In this document: positions 43,767 through 58,534 of the stretch, in pieces | How positions within the stretch are numbered: the first letter of the stretch is position 1 | Layout of the letters: each line of letters starts with the position of its first letter | Origin: Eledone cirrhosa | Lineage: Eukaryota | Assembly (NCBI GenBank): GCA_964016885.1 | Contig: OZ024743.1 | Span: 215,388,001-215,452,000 of the forward strand | Length of the DNA stretch: 64,000 nucleotides | Direction of reading: 5' to 3' | Notes under the pieces: model-generated | Seen by the model: only the letters and a program-made list of their open reading frames with translations | What the model was told of the DNA's origin: nothing | The model's database searches: none | Position numbers and translations under genes: made by a program

Positions 43767-44766
43767 GGTATATATTGAGTTAGGAACTCAAAATAGTCTT
43801 TTACAACACAAGAGCTCTAAGAAAGAGATATTTCTGAGCCGTATATTATAATAGAATATAAAAGAAAAACGAACACAGATATATAGATATATGTGTTCAA
43901 ATCGTAAGGGACCTGATTCGCTAAGGTGAAAAGAATACTAACTATAGACAATTGGGTTCGGTTGTCTCAATTTAAGAAAAAATTAAGAAAATAAATACAA
44001 ACCGGAATTGTGGTAACTACCAATAACCCAGACAACTTGTTGTTGTTGAACAAAGTTAATTGTGAATAGAAATACCAGTCCAAGCTCATCAGTGTGTGAT
44101 GAATTACCACAATTCCGGTTTGTATTTATTTTCTTAATTTTTTCTTAAATTCAGACAAGCGAAGCCAATAATCTATAGTTAGTATTCTTTTCACCTTAGC
44201 GAATCAGGTCCCTTATGATTTGAACACATATATCTATATATCTATGTTCGTTTTTCTTTTATATTCTATTATAATATAGGGCTCATAAATATCTCCTTCT
44301 TAGAGCTATTTTGTTGTAAGAGACTATTTTGAATTCCTAACTCAATATATACCTTTAATATATTAGGCTCCGTTAATTTGTTGAGCTATTTCAAATGTCG
44401 AGTAAACCTTGCTGCTATTTTTAGTGGTGTGGGTTTGTGAGACTCATAAGGATGTCATGTGCGGTGTTTTATATTTTATATATGGCATACATAGATGTCA
44501 CTAGGATACTAATTCATCAACCACTGATGAGCTTCGATTGGTATTTCTATCCACAATTAACTTTGCGAAACAACACGTTGTCTGGGTGATTGGTAGTTAC
44601 CACAATTCCGGTTTGTATTTATTTTCTTAATTTTTTCTTAACTTGAGACAAGCTAACCCAATTGTCTATAGTTAGTATTATTTTCACCTTAGCGAATCAG
44701 GTCCCTTACGATTTGAACACGTATATGTATATATCTGTGTTCGTTTTTCTCTTATATTCTATTATA

Positions 44767-44770
<4 letters not shown>
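43762..44770. mobile_element. family D non-coding HHR element: inverted arm + 1.35 tandem monomers (period 493 nt)
   Basis: ttaccacaattccgg at 44104 and 44597. Minus arm 43762-44100. Confidence 0.85.
44521..44585 (+). ncRNA. type I hammerhead ribozyme (degenerate mirror 44028-44094)
   Basis: cca-CTGATGA-gc…gc-GAAA-caac ac gttg-TC-tgg. Confidence 0.8.
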
Positions 44771-45365
<595 letters not shown>

Positions 45366-45386
45366 CATACATACATATATATATAT

Positions 45387-45710
45387 GTAGATAAATCTAT
45401 CAAAATATACGATAGTGTCCAATCCGTATGAAGAACTCAATGTAATCCAAATATCATGAAAAGAGAAGATGTATTCAAATATTTTTTCGATGAAAGTCAC
45501 AGGAAAATAGAGTCAAGATAAATTAATAAAAACAATGAATAAGTACAAAGTAACAGTTCCTTATATTAAAAATTCATCATTTTACGATCGTTTCTAGAAT
45601 ATATATTTGTGTGTTGGTATGTATATCATATAGATCTATGTAAAATATTTTTTTACAAACTATCAGAGGGAATATACATACCTACACATATATATGATGT
45701 CTTTTAAATC
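45387..45710 (-). mobile_element. diverged 3' end of the Naiad-like family of 22802-29830 with degenerate long-stem-II HHR
   Basis: Homologous to 29490-29830. Confidence 0.75.
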
Positions 45711-45764
45711 CGTTGCCAACAACCATATGAAATATACAAACCTCAACACAGCAGGTTTTATTTG

Positions 45765-45952
45765 ATTGGATTGGCCGTATGGGTAGAGTGTTAAACACGG
45801 TGCGTTGCAGCATAGAGTTATGTCCCTTTTTCCTTCTGAGTTCAAATCCTGCCGAGGTTAACTTTGCATTTCATCCTTACAGGGTCGATAAAATAAAGTA
45901 TCATTAATGTACTGGGATAATTACTGGCATTGTGCTAAGAGTAGAAACAATT
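45765..45952 (+). mobile_element. tRNA-SINE
   Basis: Same family as 20136-20318. Confidence 0.85.
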
Positions 45953-46851
45953 ATCTGAGTTGGAGAAATATTACAGTTGGAATTGACGTTTTCAAATTGA
46001 CGAGACTATGATGGCATTGGATTGGTAAAAATTATCAAAACAAAAACAAATATTGACCCGTAGGCTATTTATTTATAACTTAAGTTAGATTAAATTAGAT
46101 AATGCTAAAAAATATATATTCGAAGATGCAAACTAATAATGTAATTATATAACCAAGAATAACATTTTCAATTACTAAATTCGTAGAAAATTAATCCTAC
46201 TTTATGTATACAATTTAAGTTAGAAGATATTATGAGCGTGGATATTATGAGATTGGGCACGCCTGTTTCCATACGGTATGAGAATGTTTTCCTTGCCATG
46301 GGTGATTAATTCACAATGTTCCAGTTTTCTCTTATATATAGATGGCAAACGGAGAAGGAATATTGCGAAAATCGGTAAAGCTCATGGCAAGATGCTTTGG
46401 AACATTTGTTCCTGCCCAGAGCGCTCTAAATTCTAATACTTCCCAAATCTTATATTTTTCTGTTTCTAGGTTCGAAACAATAGAACAATTTCTATTGGCT
46501 GAATTTCTAAATCATCGGACAAAATGCCGCAAAATTTGGTCCTACTAAAATCATATCAAATCAAGCTATTAACTCCTTCATCCGTAGACATAAATCGTCA
46601 CTTATGGATGTTCGTAGTGATGCACCAACTGCTGCGGGCAATCGTTATATATGGTGTTACTTTCAGCTTACCTTTTGTTCATACTTAATGCAATATGAAT
46701 GATATCTAGCTTATCGAATGTAAAGTTTCCTTATCACACTGGGTATATCTAGAGTAAATTGATGCAGTCTGAGGCTGGACTATGCCGGTTGACCTGCTCA
46801 CTTATACTTAGTGAACCACAAGAACAGACACGTATATATGCATCTCTCTCC

Positions 46852-46928
<77 letters not shown>

Positions 46929-46932
<4 letters not shown>

Positions 46933-47957
46933 GGACGTAAAATAAGAAAATTATAAAATTAACTTACTTACTAAAATTCCACTCCCAACTAGAATGGAAT
47001 AAATATACTTTCCGAAGAAAATATGGAGAAGCATTTCGTCGTCAGGGAAGTCTATTCTCAGCTAAGTATCCAGGCAAAGCGTGGACTCTGGAAACTTATA
47101 CAAAAATAATTCAGTGCATAGAAAATAGCAAAGCGTGGACTGAATTCCTAGCCATTGAGAAAATCACTGCCTACTGCGTCGGTGGCAAATTCAAAAGGAA
47201 TCAATCACGTGACATCGAGGTCAATCAGTGGAAAGTGGTTTGTTAAGAAGACAGCGGCCTGCCTGCTACCATAGCAGCAGTCTTGGCCAATATTGCTCGA
47301 CAAATAATTTGGAGATAATTATAAAGAATTAATATCTAGTAACATATATACACATACAGATGCATATCAATACTAGCAAATATATAGGTTTTGTCTTAGT
47401 AACTTTGTGGTTCAATGCATGGGGTTCCAGAACAATAATATGAGAGACGTAAAATAAGAAAATTATAAAATTAACTTACTTACTAAAATTTCACTCCCAA
47501 CTAATTAGTTTCTGAAATGGAATAAATATACTTTCCGAAGAAAACATAGAGAAGCATTTCGTCGTCAGGGAAGTCTATTCTCAGCTAAGTATCCAGGCAA
47601 AGCGTGGACTCTGGAAACTTATACAAAAATAATTCAGTGGATAGAAAATATTAAAGCGTGGACTGGATTCCTAGCCATTGAGAAAATCACTGCCTACTGC
47701 GTCGGTGGCAAATTCAAAAAGAATCAATCACGTGACATCGAGGTCAATCAGTGGAAAGTGGTTTTAGTAAGTAAGTTAGTAAGTAAGTTAGTAAGTAAGT
47801 TAATTTTATAATTTTCTTATTTTACGTCTCTCATATTATTGTTCTGCAACCCCATGCATTGAACCACAAAGTTACTAAGACAAAACCTATATATTTGCTA
47901 GCATTGATATGCATCTTTATGTATATATATATATGTTACTAGATATTAATTATTTAT
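46929..47957. mobile_element. family E non-coding HHR element: ~1.6 tandem monomers (-, period 523 nt) + inverted tail (47762-47957 +)
   Basis: gtcagggaag at 47041 and 47564. TA flanks. Confidence 0.87.
47493..47574 (-). ncRNA. type I hammerhead ribozyme (copy near 46981-47051 has lost GAAAC)
   Basis: cttcc-CTGACGA-c gaaatg…catttc a-GAAAC-taatta-GTT-gggag. Confidence 0.8.
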
Positions 47958-48125
47958 ATATATATATACATGAAATCTAATTGTACAAAAGTATCTCACA
48001 CGTAAACAAATATACAGTGCCCAAAATCATCTTGAACGTACATAAATCAACAGATTGTCTATGTTTATGTTTACATCTATATAAATCATATACTTTTTTC
48101 TAATTTCCATCTTTATCTTCTTCAG

Positions 48126-48180
48126 GGTTTGAACTGACAAACATTAACTGCCTTAAATCTGTTATATCATATTTCGATGA
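48126..48180 (+). CDS. candidate 55-nt host exon
   Basis: ctaat branch + pyrimidine tract + cag acceptor; ga|gtaaga donor; open frame FELTNINCLKSVISYFD. Confidence 0.3.
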
Positions 48181-48379
48181 GTAAGAGCAAATAAATGATT
48201 ATATACAGAAGCAGAATCCTTTCACACATTAGTGTTTTTATACATGATATATGTATATGATTAGTTTGACATGTACGTTCAAACAGACATACAAAGTTGT
48301 ACAGAAATCAAAATCGAAAATCATAATGTGTAAAGTATCCATCAAAAATATGCATATTTCATTAATTCCTAGACCGATG

Positions 48380-48415
<36 letters not shown>

Positions 48416-48512
48416 CATTTTTGCGTGTGTGTGTGTCTGTGTGATCGTGTACATCTGAGTGTTTGCCTCTATACACAAACAAATAACCACAAGCACACAC
48501 ATAGATTCGCAC

Positions 48513-48548
<36 letters not shown>

Positions 48549-48746
48549 CTATATATATATAGAGAGAGAGAGACAGAGAGAAGTGAGGTTATTTTCCATT
48601 CAAAATAGTTAGAAACAAAATTTAATACGATGACTGCTATCCAAGAAACATATCTGGAAATACATATATCAATACATGCAATCAAGAAGTTTGAATATAT
48701 GTATATTGACCGAACGCTAAACAACAAGTGTATATATATATATATA

Positions 48747-48797
<51 letters not shown>

Positions 48798-50164
48798 GCG
48801 CGTGTGTGTGTGTGTGCTTTCTTATTCATCTAAAATTACTGATTTATATCCCCGCTAAAGAAATCATTGATATTCTCATATTTCTAACCAATATTCCACT
48901 GATATGTTTTTCTACATTTTATATCGGTTTGGCACAACTAATTTATATAAATTTAACATGTGTAATTTATTCTCATGAGTTTTGAAATATATTCATGTAT
49001 ACTTCGGTCATACATTTACGGAGATCTATGAAAGATGTTAACCTTCATGAAATATTTTATTTTCTACCGAAACTTCCATTCAACGCTCCGCTGTGGCAGG
49101 GTGCTCTTTTTCAGCCATTCAATTGTTACCTGACTAAGATTTTATGTTTGAAAGTAAGCTAATTCTCGTCGGCAATGCAATCAACTGTGCTATAGTAGGC
49201 TCAAAAACGTGCTTTACAAATCACATGTTGGTTACATGCGCACTTGTTTAATAGAAAATATTGTCATTTATTCGAAATAGAGCCGAAGAAATTATGCTAA
49301 ATTTGGAACATTTTTACCATAAATGGCTGGAATATTAATAAAATGCTTTGAATATATGACTAGCCCTGCTTATTTATCTTGCATATTCATTTGATTGAAA
49401 TGAACAATCTATAAAGAACTATTTCAAAACAGATTCGGAAATATAATACATAAGTAATTATCATGTTTAATATTCGGGATCTATTCTATGCGAAATTCAA
49501 GGGCGTGTTTGATATTCATAATGTCTGCCGTTCTAAAATGTATCAGTAATAAATATTAGTGCATTTTTCATGTCACAACAACATTCAGACATGGTACAAG
49601 CCGCAATATTATAGAGTTATTTTGTTGTATTTACGTTTATGTTTATCCCCATGATACATATTTCAATGACGTCACGAAGAAAACATTCAAGTTGTAGTCA
49701 TCGGCGAAATATCTATCATGGAGTTAACAATTAACCTAAACACAACTGCATAATAGCTACGATTTATTTAATATTGTTTGAGGAAATATATTTTTCGGAT
49801 ATTCTTTCTTTTATTTACTCTCATTTATCCCCCCCCCCCCACACTTTCAAACCTTTATAAAGCTTTTCCTAATATATCAAGAGTTAAATTAATTTATATC
49901 AACATTGTATTCGATTGTTCTTCCTTATTGAATTGTCTCGTATATGTAAAATAGATATATCTATATATGTTTATGGGTGTGTTATTATGTTATGTCAAAT
50001 GTATATATATATATAATATATGTAGTAAGAAACACAGTAAATCGTGTGTCTAATAATATGAGGGTTGAAGAACCACATTTGTTTGAAATATTTAACCATG
50101 ATGCAGACAGAATGATAAAATAAAATAAAATTATATTATACAAACCACCTCAATAACAAGTATA

Positions 50165-50246
50165 TCTCTCGGACAGATTAGGGATTAATCTGTTTCGCCC
50201 TGAGTGTGTTTGTAACAGATAATCCACGGGCATCATCAGCGAGAGA
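50165..50246 (-). ncRNA. full type I hammerhead ribozyme
   Basis: tctctcg-CTGATGA-t gccc…gggc-GAAA-cagatta atccc taatctg-TC-cgagaga. Confidence 0.9.
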
Positions 50247-50638
50247 ATCTGATTAAATGCGACAAACACCTAGTACCAACGTTCACACAGAAAAATGAAT
50301 TCATCACCTCGTGTGCCGTAAGTCAAAAGTGGTGTGAGTGTATTGGTTAGAAATAACAGTCCAACACACGCAACTTAATAAGCGCACCTCTTGAGGGGGC
50401 CGAAATATAAATGAAAGTTAGAGTTAATAACTCATACTGAAACCCTGTAATCAACAAGCCTCAAAGTATAAATACTGAGCATTATAATAATATATGTAGT
50501 AAGAAACACAGTAAATCGTGTGTCTAATATTACGCGGGTTGAAAAGCCACATTTGTTTGAAATATTTAACCATGAAGCAGACAGAATGATAAAATAAAAT
50601 AAAATTATATTATACAAACCGCCTCAATAACAATTATA

Positions 50639-50720
50639 TCTCTCGGACAGATTAGGGATTAATCTGTTTCGCCCTGAGTGTGTTTGTAACAGATAATCCA
50701 CGAGCATCATCAGCGAGAGA
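50639..50720 (-). ncRNA. full type I hammerhead ribozyme (second tandem copy)
   Basis: As 50165-50246, with one C-to-T change in stem II giving a G-U pair. Confidence 0.9.
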
Positions 50721-50846
50721 ATCTGATTAATATTAGACACACGATTTACTGTGTTTCTTACTACTTATATTATTATAATGCTCAGTATTTATACTTTGAG
50801 ATTGTTGATTACAGGGTTTCAGTATGAGTTATTAACTCTAACTTTC

Positions 50847-50880
<34 letters not shown>

Positions 50881-50899
50881 AGTAATAGAATACTATGAT

Positions 50900-52310
50900 A
50901 TCAATCTTTCCAGATAAATTCGTAATGGACAAATATCTGGAAGGTTTTATTAATAACATGCGTTTTTGTTTTACGAAATTAATGAAGGAAGACAAAATCA
51001 AATACGATGTATGTAAACAAGAATGGAATTGTTAACAATTAAGAAACATTGTTGTTATATAATCGTATTATTATTGCAAGATATCTTTGCTTTCAAAATG
51101 TTTAGAGCATTTGAGATAGATAAACTAGCGCAAGTATTATATAGATTAAAGCTATGATACACCGGACACAAAAATCGGGTTGTCTACCTGTTGCGAAAGA
51201 CTGTGCGTACCCAGCAAACTTCCCAGTATAAAAAAAAACAACTAGAAATTATCAGGATGAGAGGTTGAGCACGGATATCGTTCCGTTTCATCAAAACAGT
51301 TGAGTTTGTTTGAAATCAATGTGTCTTTTAAAAGTAGAATAGAAGGAGCATGGGTGATCAAGACCGAACAATACGCCAGTTTGTCTAACATCATCAGGGA
51401 AGCCTACGTCCACGTCAATGTTCTCGCTAGAAAGATTGGAACCAGAGAAGGTGCAGGCAAATTAGCGTACAATCTCAAGAAACAACTTTCCGTCTCTGAG
51501 AAAACCAGGACCAAAGCCCTAAAGGTAATCTTACAGGTTGCATAGAGGAGCTAGATCTAGTCGGGGATAAACGGAAACGACATCCATATGGTTTGGGGAG
51601 TTTTGTTTGTACTTTAGTGGACTCTATGGGATACAAACCTGATTGAGTCATGGTTGTATTATTTGAGGCAGTATATTAAGCGTTGGACTAAAACCAGAGA
51701 CTAGATGATTTCTAATTGCAGTACAATTTCGAAGCTTCTGTACCAGAAATCACAAAAAATATATAATGAAACAGAACACTGTACAAACTGCAGAATATAT
51801 GCAGGTGGGGAAGAAACAATTAGCTATATTGTCTTTGTCTTCCCAGTCATATCAAATAAAAAAATTATTGCTTGACATTATAGAGTTAGGGTTTATATAC
51901 GCAGGATATTACGCCAGCATTACGAAACACCAACAGTAAAAAGACAGTAAAGTCGTACAGCCATAAAGATGTTCAGAGAATGACAAAGCAACCATATCTC
52001 AATACGCACAAACATTGAGATCCAAGAGACAAACGACAAAATATTATATGGAAAGATCAAACAAAATATCTTCCAATTGACATCAACTCTTCAGATGGTA
52101 TTCATCTATGGAGTAAATGGAGAGATGTTTACAATATAAAGATCTAGAGACAGAAATGACCCTCAAATGTGGATGATAAATACAGAAATAATCACTATAA
52201 TAATAGGGGCTTTGGAAATAATGAGGAAACAGACAGATACATAACCAAACTCCTAATACTTTTAATACATACAAAACAGAGGAATGCACAACGATTACTC
52301 TTAATTTAAT
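50900..52310 (+). mobile_element. highly degenerate R4/Dong-like LINE (restriction-like endonuclease) remnant; 5' boundary uncertain
   Basis: Broken frames give CR..GEETISYIV (CCHC-like) and YKDLETEM..MW..TEIITIIIGALE. Confidence 0.55.
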
Positions 52311-52316
52311 AGAAAT

Positions 52317-53658
52317 AATTGTTTCTACTTTTAGCACAAGGCGGGATTTGAACTCAGAATGGCAAGGGCCGTGACTCTTTGCGTCAAAGCATGGTGTCCG
52401 ACCCTCTACCGATACTAAACACTAACACTAAAAACAATACTGCACATTGATGACACAGATTGTTGTGCTCGTTAATGGGGATATGACATCCATAATAGTG
52501 ATTATAATCGTAGATCACATGGATAATAGACAGAGGTAATGATGTCTTCTAGCTTAGGCAAACAACAAGCATATTTGGGGAGGCAATTTATTTGATTGGT
52601 ATTTTATTATATCACCCATGGAAGGAAGGAGACACAGTTAGCCAAAGCCATTTTTAAAGAAGCCTTATCAATTCAGCTAAACAACCACCTTAATAATTAG
52701 TATCTTAACTATAATTGTTTCTACTTTAGGCACAAGGCCAGCAATTATCCAGTGCATTACTGGTACTTTATTTTATCGACCCCGTAAGGATGAAAGGCAA
52801 AGTCAACCTCGGCGAGATTTGAACTCAGATCGTAAAGGGACGTAACTATGCTGGAAAGCATGGCGTCTGACCCTCTACCGATACTGCCAATCCACCATAA
52901 CTATAATAAAGGAAGGTCTGCGTGATTGCGTCCAGAATATTGTTTTTTTCCCCGTTTGTAAAATAATTTAGATTACTTTGAATAACTAATTGTTTCTACT
53001 TTTGGCACAAGGCCAGCAATTACCCAATACCTTGGTAAATGTAGATGCATAGATAGCAGCAGTTAATTATATAGGTAAGAAGACAGATATAATTGCTTCT
53101 ACTTTAGGCACAAGGCCAATGTATTACTGGTACGTTATTTTATTGACCCCGTAAGGATGAAAGGCAAAGTTAACCTCGAGGGGATTTGAACTCTGACCGT
53201 AAAGGGACGTAACTATGTTAGAAAGCATGGCGTCCGTCTCGCTACCGATACTGCCATTTCACCGTCCTTTGAATAAATGATGAATGAATATTACATAATT
53301 TATGTGCTAAATTTCCTGGCTGTTGATTAAATATATTTTATATCTTAATCTTGAAAATTCACTTCTTTAAGAGTATCAAATGTCAACACTTCCGGTTAGC
53401 GGGCGTTATATTATAACACTTATAATCGCATATATTTCCGTTGTTAACTTTCTCCTAATGCAGTTTATATATAATTGTTTCTATATTTGGCACCAGGCCA
53501 GCAATTATACCAGTGCATTACTGGTACTTTATTTTATCGACCCCGTAAGGATGAAAGGCAAAGTTAACCTCGGCGGGAGTTGAACTCAGATCATAAAGGG
53601 GGGTAACTCTATGCTTCAAAGCAAGGCGCCCGACCCTTACCGATACTGCCAATCCACC
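52317..53658 (-). mobile_element. cluster of tRNA-SINE copies (52317-52415, 52713-52898, 52988-53030, 53090-53263, 53472-53658)
   Basis: Reverse complement of the 20136 SINE family. Confidence 0.85.
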
Positions 53659-53994
53659 TGCCTTATTTTAATATATCATGGATTAATTATTACAGAAGAC
53701 AGTGTAACATATGCTTTGTTCAATTTCTGTGTATATTGTCATTACAATTTTATTTGACGTATCATATTTACATGCATATATATTCGTGTATAATATCATT
53801 ATACAAACTACACATGTTAGCAGAAAATCACTCGTAGGGTGGTTTTTCTGCTAGTGGTAATAATAAGTGCAGCCGTCCATATGCAAGCGTACACACAATG
53901 TTATGTACAGATACTGCAAACACGATAATTCACACACAGTGACATAATGACAAACATAAAATAATGAGTGTGAACCTGTGAGTATGTGTATTGC

Positions 53995-53995
<1 letters not shown>

Positions 53996-54092
<97 letters not shown>
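53996..54092. repeat. (TAG)n microsatellite
   Basis: Direct inspection. Confidence 0.97.
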
Positions 54093-54093
<1 letters not shown>

Positions 54094-54096
54094 TCA

Positions 54097-54478
54097 TTTG
54101 CGTTGGTAGAGGGTCGGACATGCTTTCCATGCTTTCCATAGTTACGTCCCTTTACGATCTGAGTTCAAATCCGGCGGAGATTAACTTTACCTTTCATCCT
54201 TACGGGGTCGATAAAATAAAGTACCAGTAATACACTGGGTATTTGCTGGCCTTGTGCCTAAAATGGAAACAATTATCTATGGTGAAATAATGTGGAATTG
54301 GCAGTATGGGTAGAGGGTCGGACGCCATGCTTTGACGCATAGAGTTACGGCCCTTGCCATTCTGAGTTCAAATCCCGCCGAGGTTAACTTTGCCTTTCAT
54401 CCTTATGGAGTCGATGAAATAAAGTACCAGTAATGCGCTGGGATAATTTCTGGCCTTGTGGCAAGAGTAGAAATAATT
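54097..54478 (+). mobile_element. two adjacent tRNA-SINE copies (54097-54275, 54291-54478)
   Basis: Same SINE family. Confidence 0.85.
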
Positions 54479-54546
54479 ATACTGTATATATATATATATG
54501 CATTATACACACACAAACACATACATATATATAAATTTATATCTAA

Positions 54547-54579
<33 letters not shown>

Positions 54580-55588
54580 AGTATGTGTGTGTGTGTGGTA
54601 GTTGTGTATGTGGTACGTGTGTGTGTGTATATATATATATATATGCGTATGAGCCTCCATGTAAACTTGTATTTGTTTATATATATGCTTGTTTCATTAA
54701 TGTTCTTAACAGAATATGTAGACTTAAATGTGACGAATATGTCTTCACTAATAGCCTAAGGTAGAAATAATAGTTGAAATGAGAAAAATCTATATAGATT
54801 TCACTGAAGTACCTATCGTTTCATGTGTATATGAAGTGGCAATACAAATCGTATCATTATTTAACAGCTTGGAGAAATGTAATTCTGATATAAACTAGTT
54901 TTCACTCACTAATTATTAACGAAGACAGTTTCTTTAGGCCTTTTCATTTATAATATAACAGATTTAATTGAGAATCGTTCTCACCGGCTCGCTCTATATT
55001 TTATCCAGACACATACACTATCTATCATTCTTTCTCACATATACATTCTCGCTCATCATTTATATATTTATTACACTCCTACATACATATTAACACACCA
55101 CTCTTTATATTTGCCGTTGAAATTTGGAATGGTTAAGAATTAGAATGATATTAGTTTCCTTAAGAGAATCGTTGTAATGGAATGCCGTATTTACTGATAC
55201 TTAGCATATATAAGGTATAAACCATTACAGATATTTGTATGGAAATCTTTATGTCTTAATTATTTAGTTTCTACCACGTGTCGGATCATGTCAATTTACT
55301 CCAGCCTGAAAAGAAAAATCAGCATGAAACAACTCAATGAGTCATCAAGGATTTCAAATAATGCAGAGCAATGACGGAAAAGTAATATTCAACAACAGAT
55401 ATTAATTAAAAATAAGTTTTATATAATTATTTATACTAGTTTGTTTTCGTACAAAGTTTCAGACATATTTTGTTTAATATCAAATAGAGGACTTAAAGTA
55501 CTTCATGAAGCCAAAACTGAAATTCTTGTTTACAATATCAGCGATAGTATGTACATTGAAAAAAAAATGTTTGTAAGAAGAGTCAATG

Positions 55589-55752
<164 letters not shown>

Positions 55753-56527
55753 ATATATATATATATATGCACTAACATGATTGCTAGTTACGTAATGATT
55801 GCTAGATTGTACGTAACTAGCAATCATTTTAGTGCATCAACATGTTTAAATTTGTGTAAATATGTGTTACGTTTAGTAGCGTTAGAGGTAATGTAACACC
55901 ACATGCGTGGTGTAAAAAATGCAAACAACTAAATGTATATAATATATAGTTAAATTGTATGATGTGAAAGGTCTTTACAGGTCTAGAAAAGCATGAAAGT
56001 CCCATGAGTTTGTATACCAGTACAGGGATTTTCCGTAGAAATTAGAATGATTCATTGATATGTTTTGGTGTTCAAGGTGCACACGTCAAACGTGAACTTT
56101 GATATAGAAGAATGTTACACTCGGCAAAACGATGTGAGGCACTGTGAGTAGGTTAAAAGTGATATACTGCGCATTGGTTTGATTAGGTCGGTTGTCCAAA
56201 GACATTTACAAAATGATTTACTAAACATCTCTCGGCTTATTGCAGGGTATATCAGCTCTATATATTGGACATGTGGTGCAGTAACCTTCTATCTCTCTCA
56301 ATCCTTGTATATTTGTTCCTCATATATCGAAAATGACTTAAAGCTTATTTTTAAAAAAACTATGAGTAGCAGACGCAGATTATATGATGTTCCTGTAGGT
56401 GTATTTGCTAGTAGTACGTATTGTATAGAATATCTAAATAGCCGTCTGTGTGTGAAAAAATAGCGAATAATTGATAAATATTGTACTTCGCCAGCAAAAT
56501 AAATAATCTCACTAGAACACAATCTCT

Positions 56528-56610
<83 letters not shown>

Positions 56611-56615
56611 CGAAG

Positions 56616-56665
56616 GCATCACGACTTTAAACATTGTTATAGAGCGTATGACATGTTTTTCAAAG
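56616..56665 (+). CDS. candidate 50-nt host exon
   Basis: Follows a (TC)n tract with aag acceptor; perfect AAG|GTAAGT donor; open frame HHDFKHCYRAYDMFFK. Confidence 0.3.
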
Positions 56666-57245
56666 GTAAGTGTACATCGAAATTTGATTTGTTCTTTTAA
56701 ACACTGGATCAGTATTATTGGTCTTTGATTTTTATGTCATTTAAGAGAATATATTAAAAAGCCAAGGGTTCAAATCAAACAAACCTGGTGTACTCGTAGT
56801 AAAATGATGATCTATGTTCTATACTGCTTCGTCTATGTTGGATGTAAACGATGAAACACTCTTGTTTAGACGGTAATAGCAATTCTAGACTATTTAAGTC
56901 GATCTGATCTTGTTGAAAAATTCTCAGGAATACGCTTTACAGTAATTTACTTTTCAGTTTGCTGCCAGAAAAAATGTGTTTATACGCAAGTCATGAAAGA
57001 CAGCATACATCGGTTATGGCATTTTCTAAAAGAAGCTCGAAATTCTAAATCTGATTTTAGATCGAATATGTGTAGACTATGTTTATCAGTCGGTAAAAAT
57101 ACACTGAAAGTACTAGAACTGGGATTGGCCCTGCAGTGAGTAGCCTATGGCATTAGCCGAATAGCTGTTTACTGTGTGAGTCTTGAAGTACGCGTATGAA
57201 CTTATGCACAATTTTATATATACATATATATATATATAAATATAT

Positions 57246-57535
57246 ATGAATGTGTATATAGTGTATTTGGTAATACACTGTATTATTAATTAAAAGCATT
57301 TTGAAGACCTTACACTATTGTTTTAAGGGTAGTGGCTATGTCACTTACTCCTATTTTCAACAAACAAAGGGAGATAAGCTGACAGATCTCTGTTTCATAC
57401 TGTTGGTATTCCGCAGAGCTTAGCACAGCCCTTGTCTGTTGAAAAATCATGAATGTTTTAATAATCAGGAACTGATTACACAAAGCGGTTGCCGATCCAG
57501 CAAGAATTGAAAATTAGAATTGAGGAATTAGCTAT
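57246..57535 (-). mobile_element. PLE 3' fragment related to the 16036-16200 tail, with degenerate HHR (57377-57420)
   Basis: Shared gcattttgaagacc..ctattgtttt..gataagc; agct-CTGCGGA-atac caaca gtat-GAAAC. Confidence 0.6.
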
Positions 57536-57541
57536 ATTATA

Positions 57542-57612
<71 letters not shown>

Positions 57613-57619
57613 CATAATA

Positions 57620-57770
<151 letters not shown>

Positions 57771-57796
57771 TATATATTATGTATATACATATTATG

Positions 57797-57844
<48 letters not shown>

Positions 57845-57997
57845 TACATATATATATATTATATATATATATTATCCTTATATATATATATTATATATAT
57901 TATATATATATTTTATATTTATATTTATTATATATATATATATATATAATATATATATATATATAAATATTATATATATATATATTATATATATATA

Positions 57998-58102
<105 letters not shown>

Positions 58103-58105
58103 TAT

Positions 58106-58457
<352 letters not shown>

Positions 58458-58534
58458 GTAGGACACTTCGGTTATTTTTCATTTTGTAAAAAAACCTCAC
58501 TTTCTAATACATACTCACCACACGAGGACCGAAA

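Larger units (their letters stand above)
50013..50852. mobile_element. family N non-coding HHR element: 1.5 tandem monomers (-, period 474 nt) + inverted tail (~50729-50852 +)
   Basis: tgtagtaagaaacacag at 50021 and 50495. TA flanks. Confidence 0.88.

Noticed and set aside
46290-46510. Minus-strand CCAAT + TATA + ATG promoter-like arrangement, and + ORF 46342-46548
   Set aside because: Short motifs expected by chance in AT-rich DNA; no recognisable protein.
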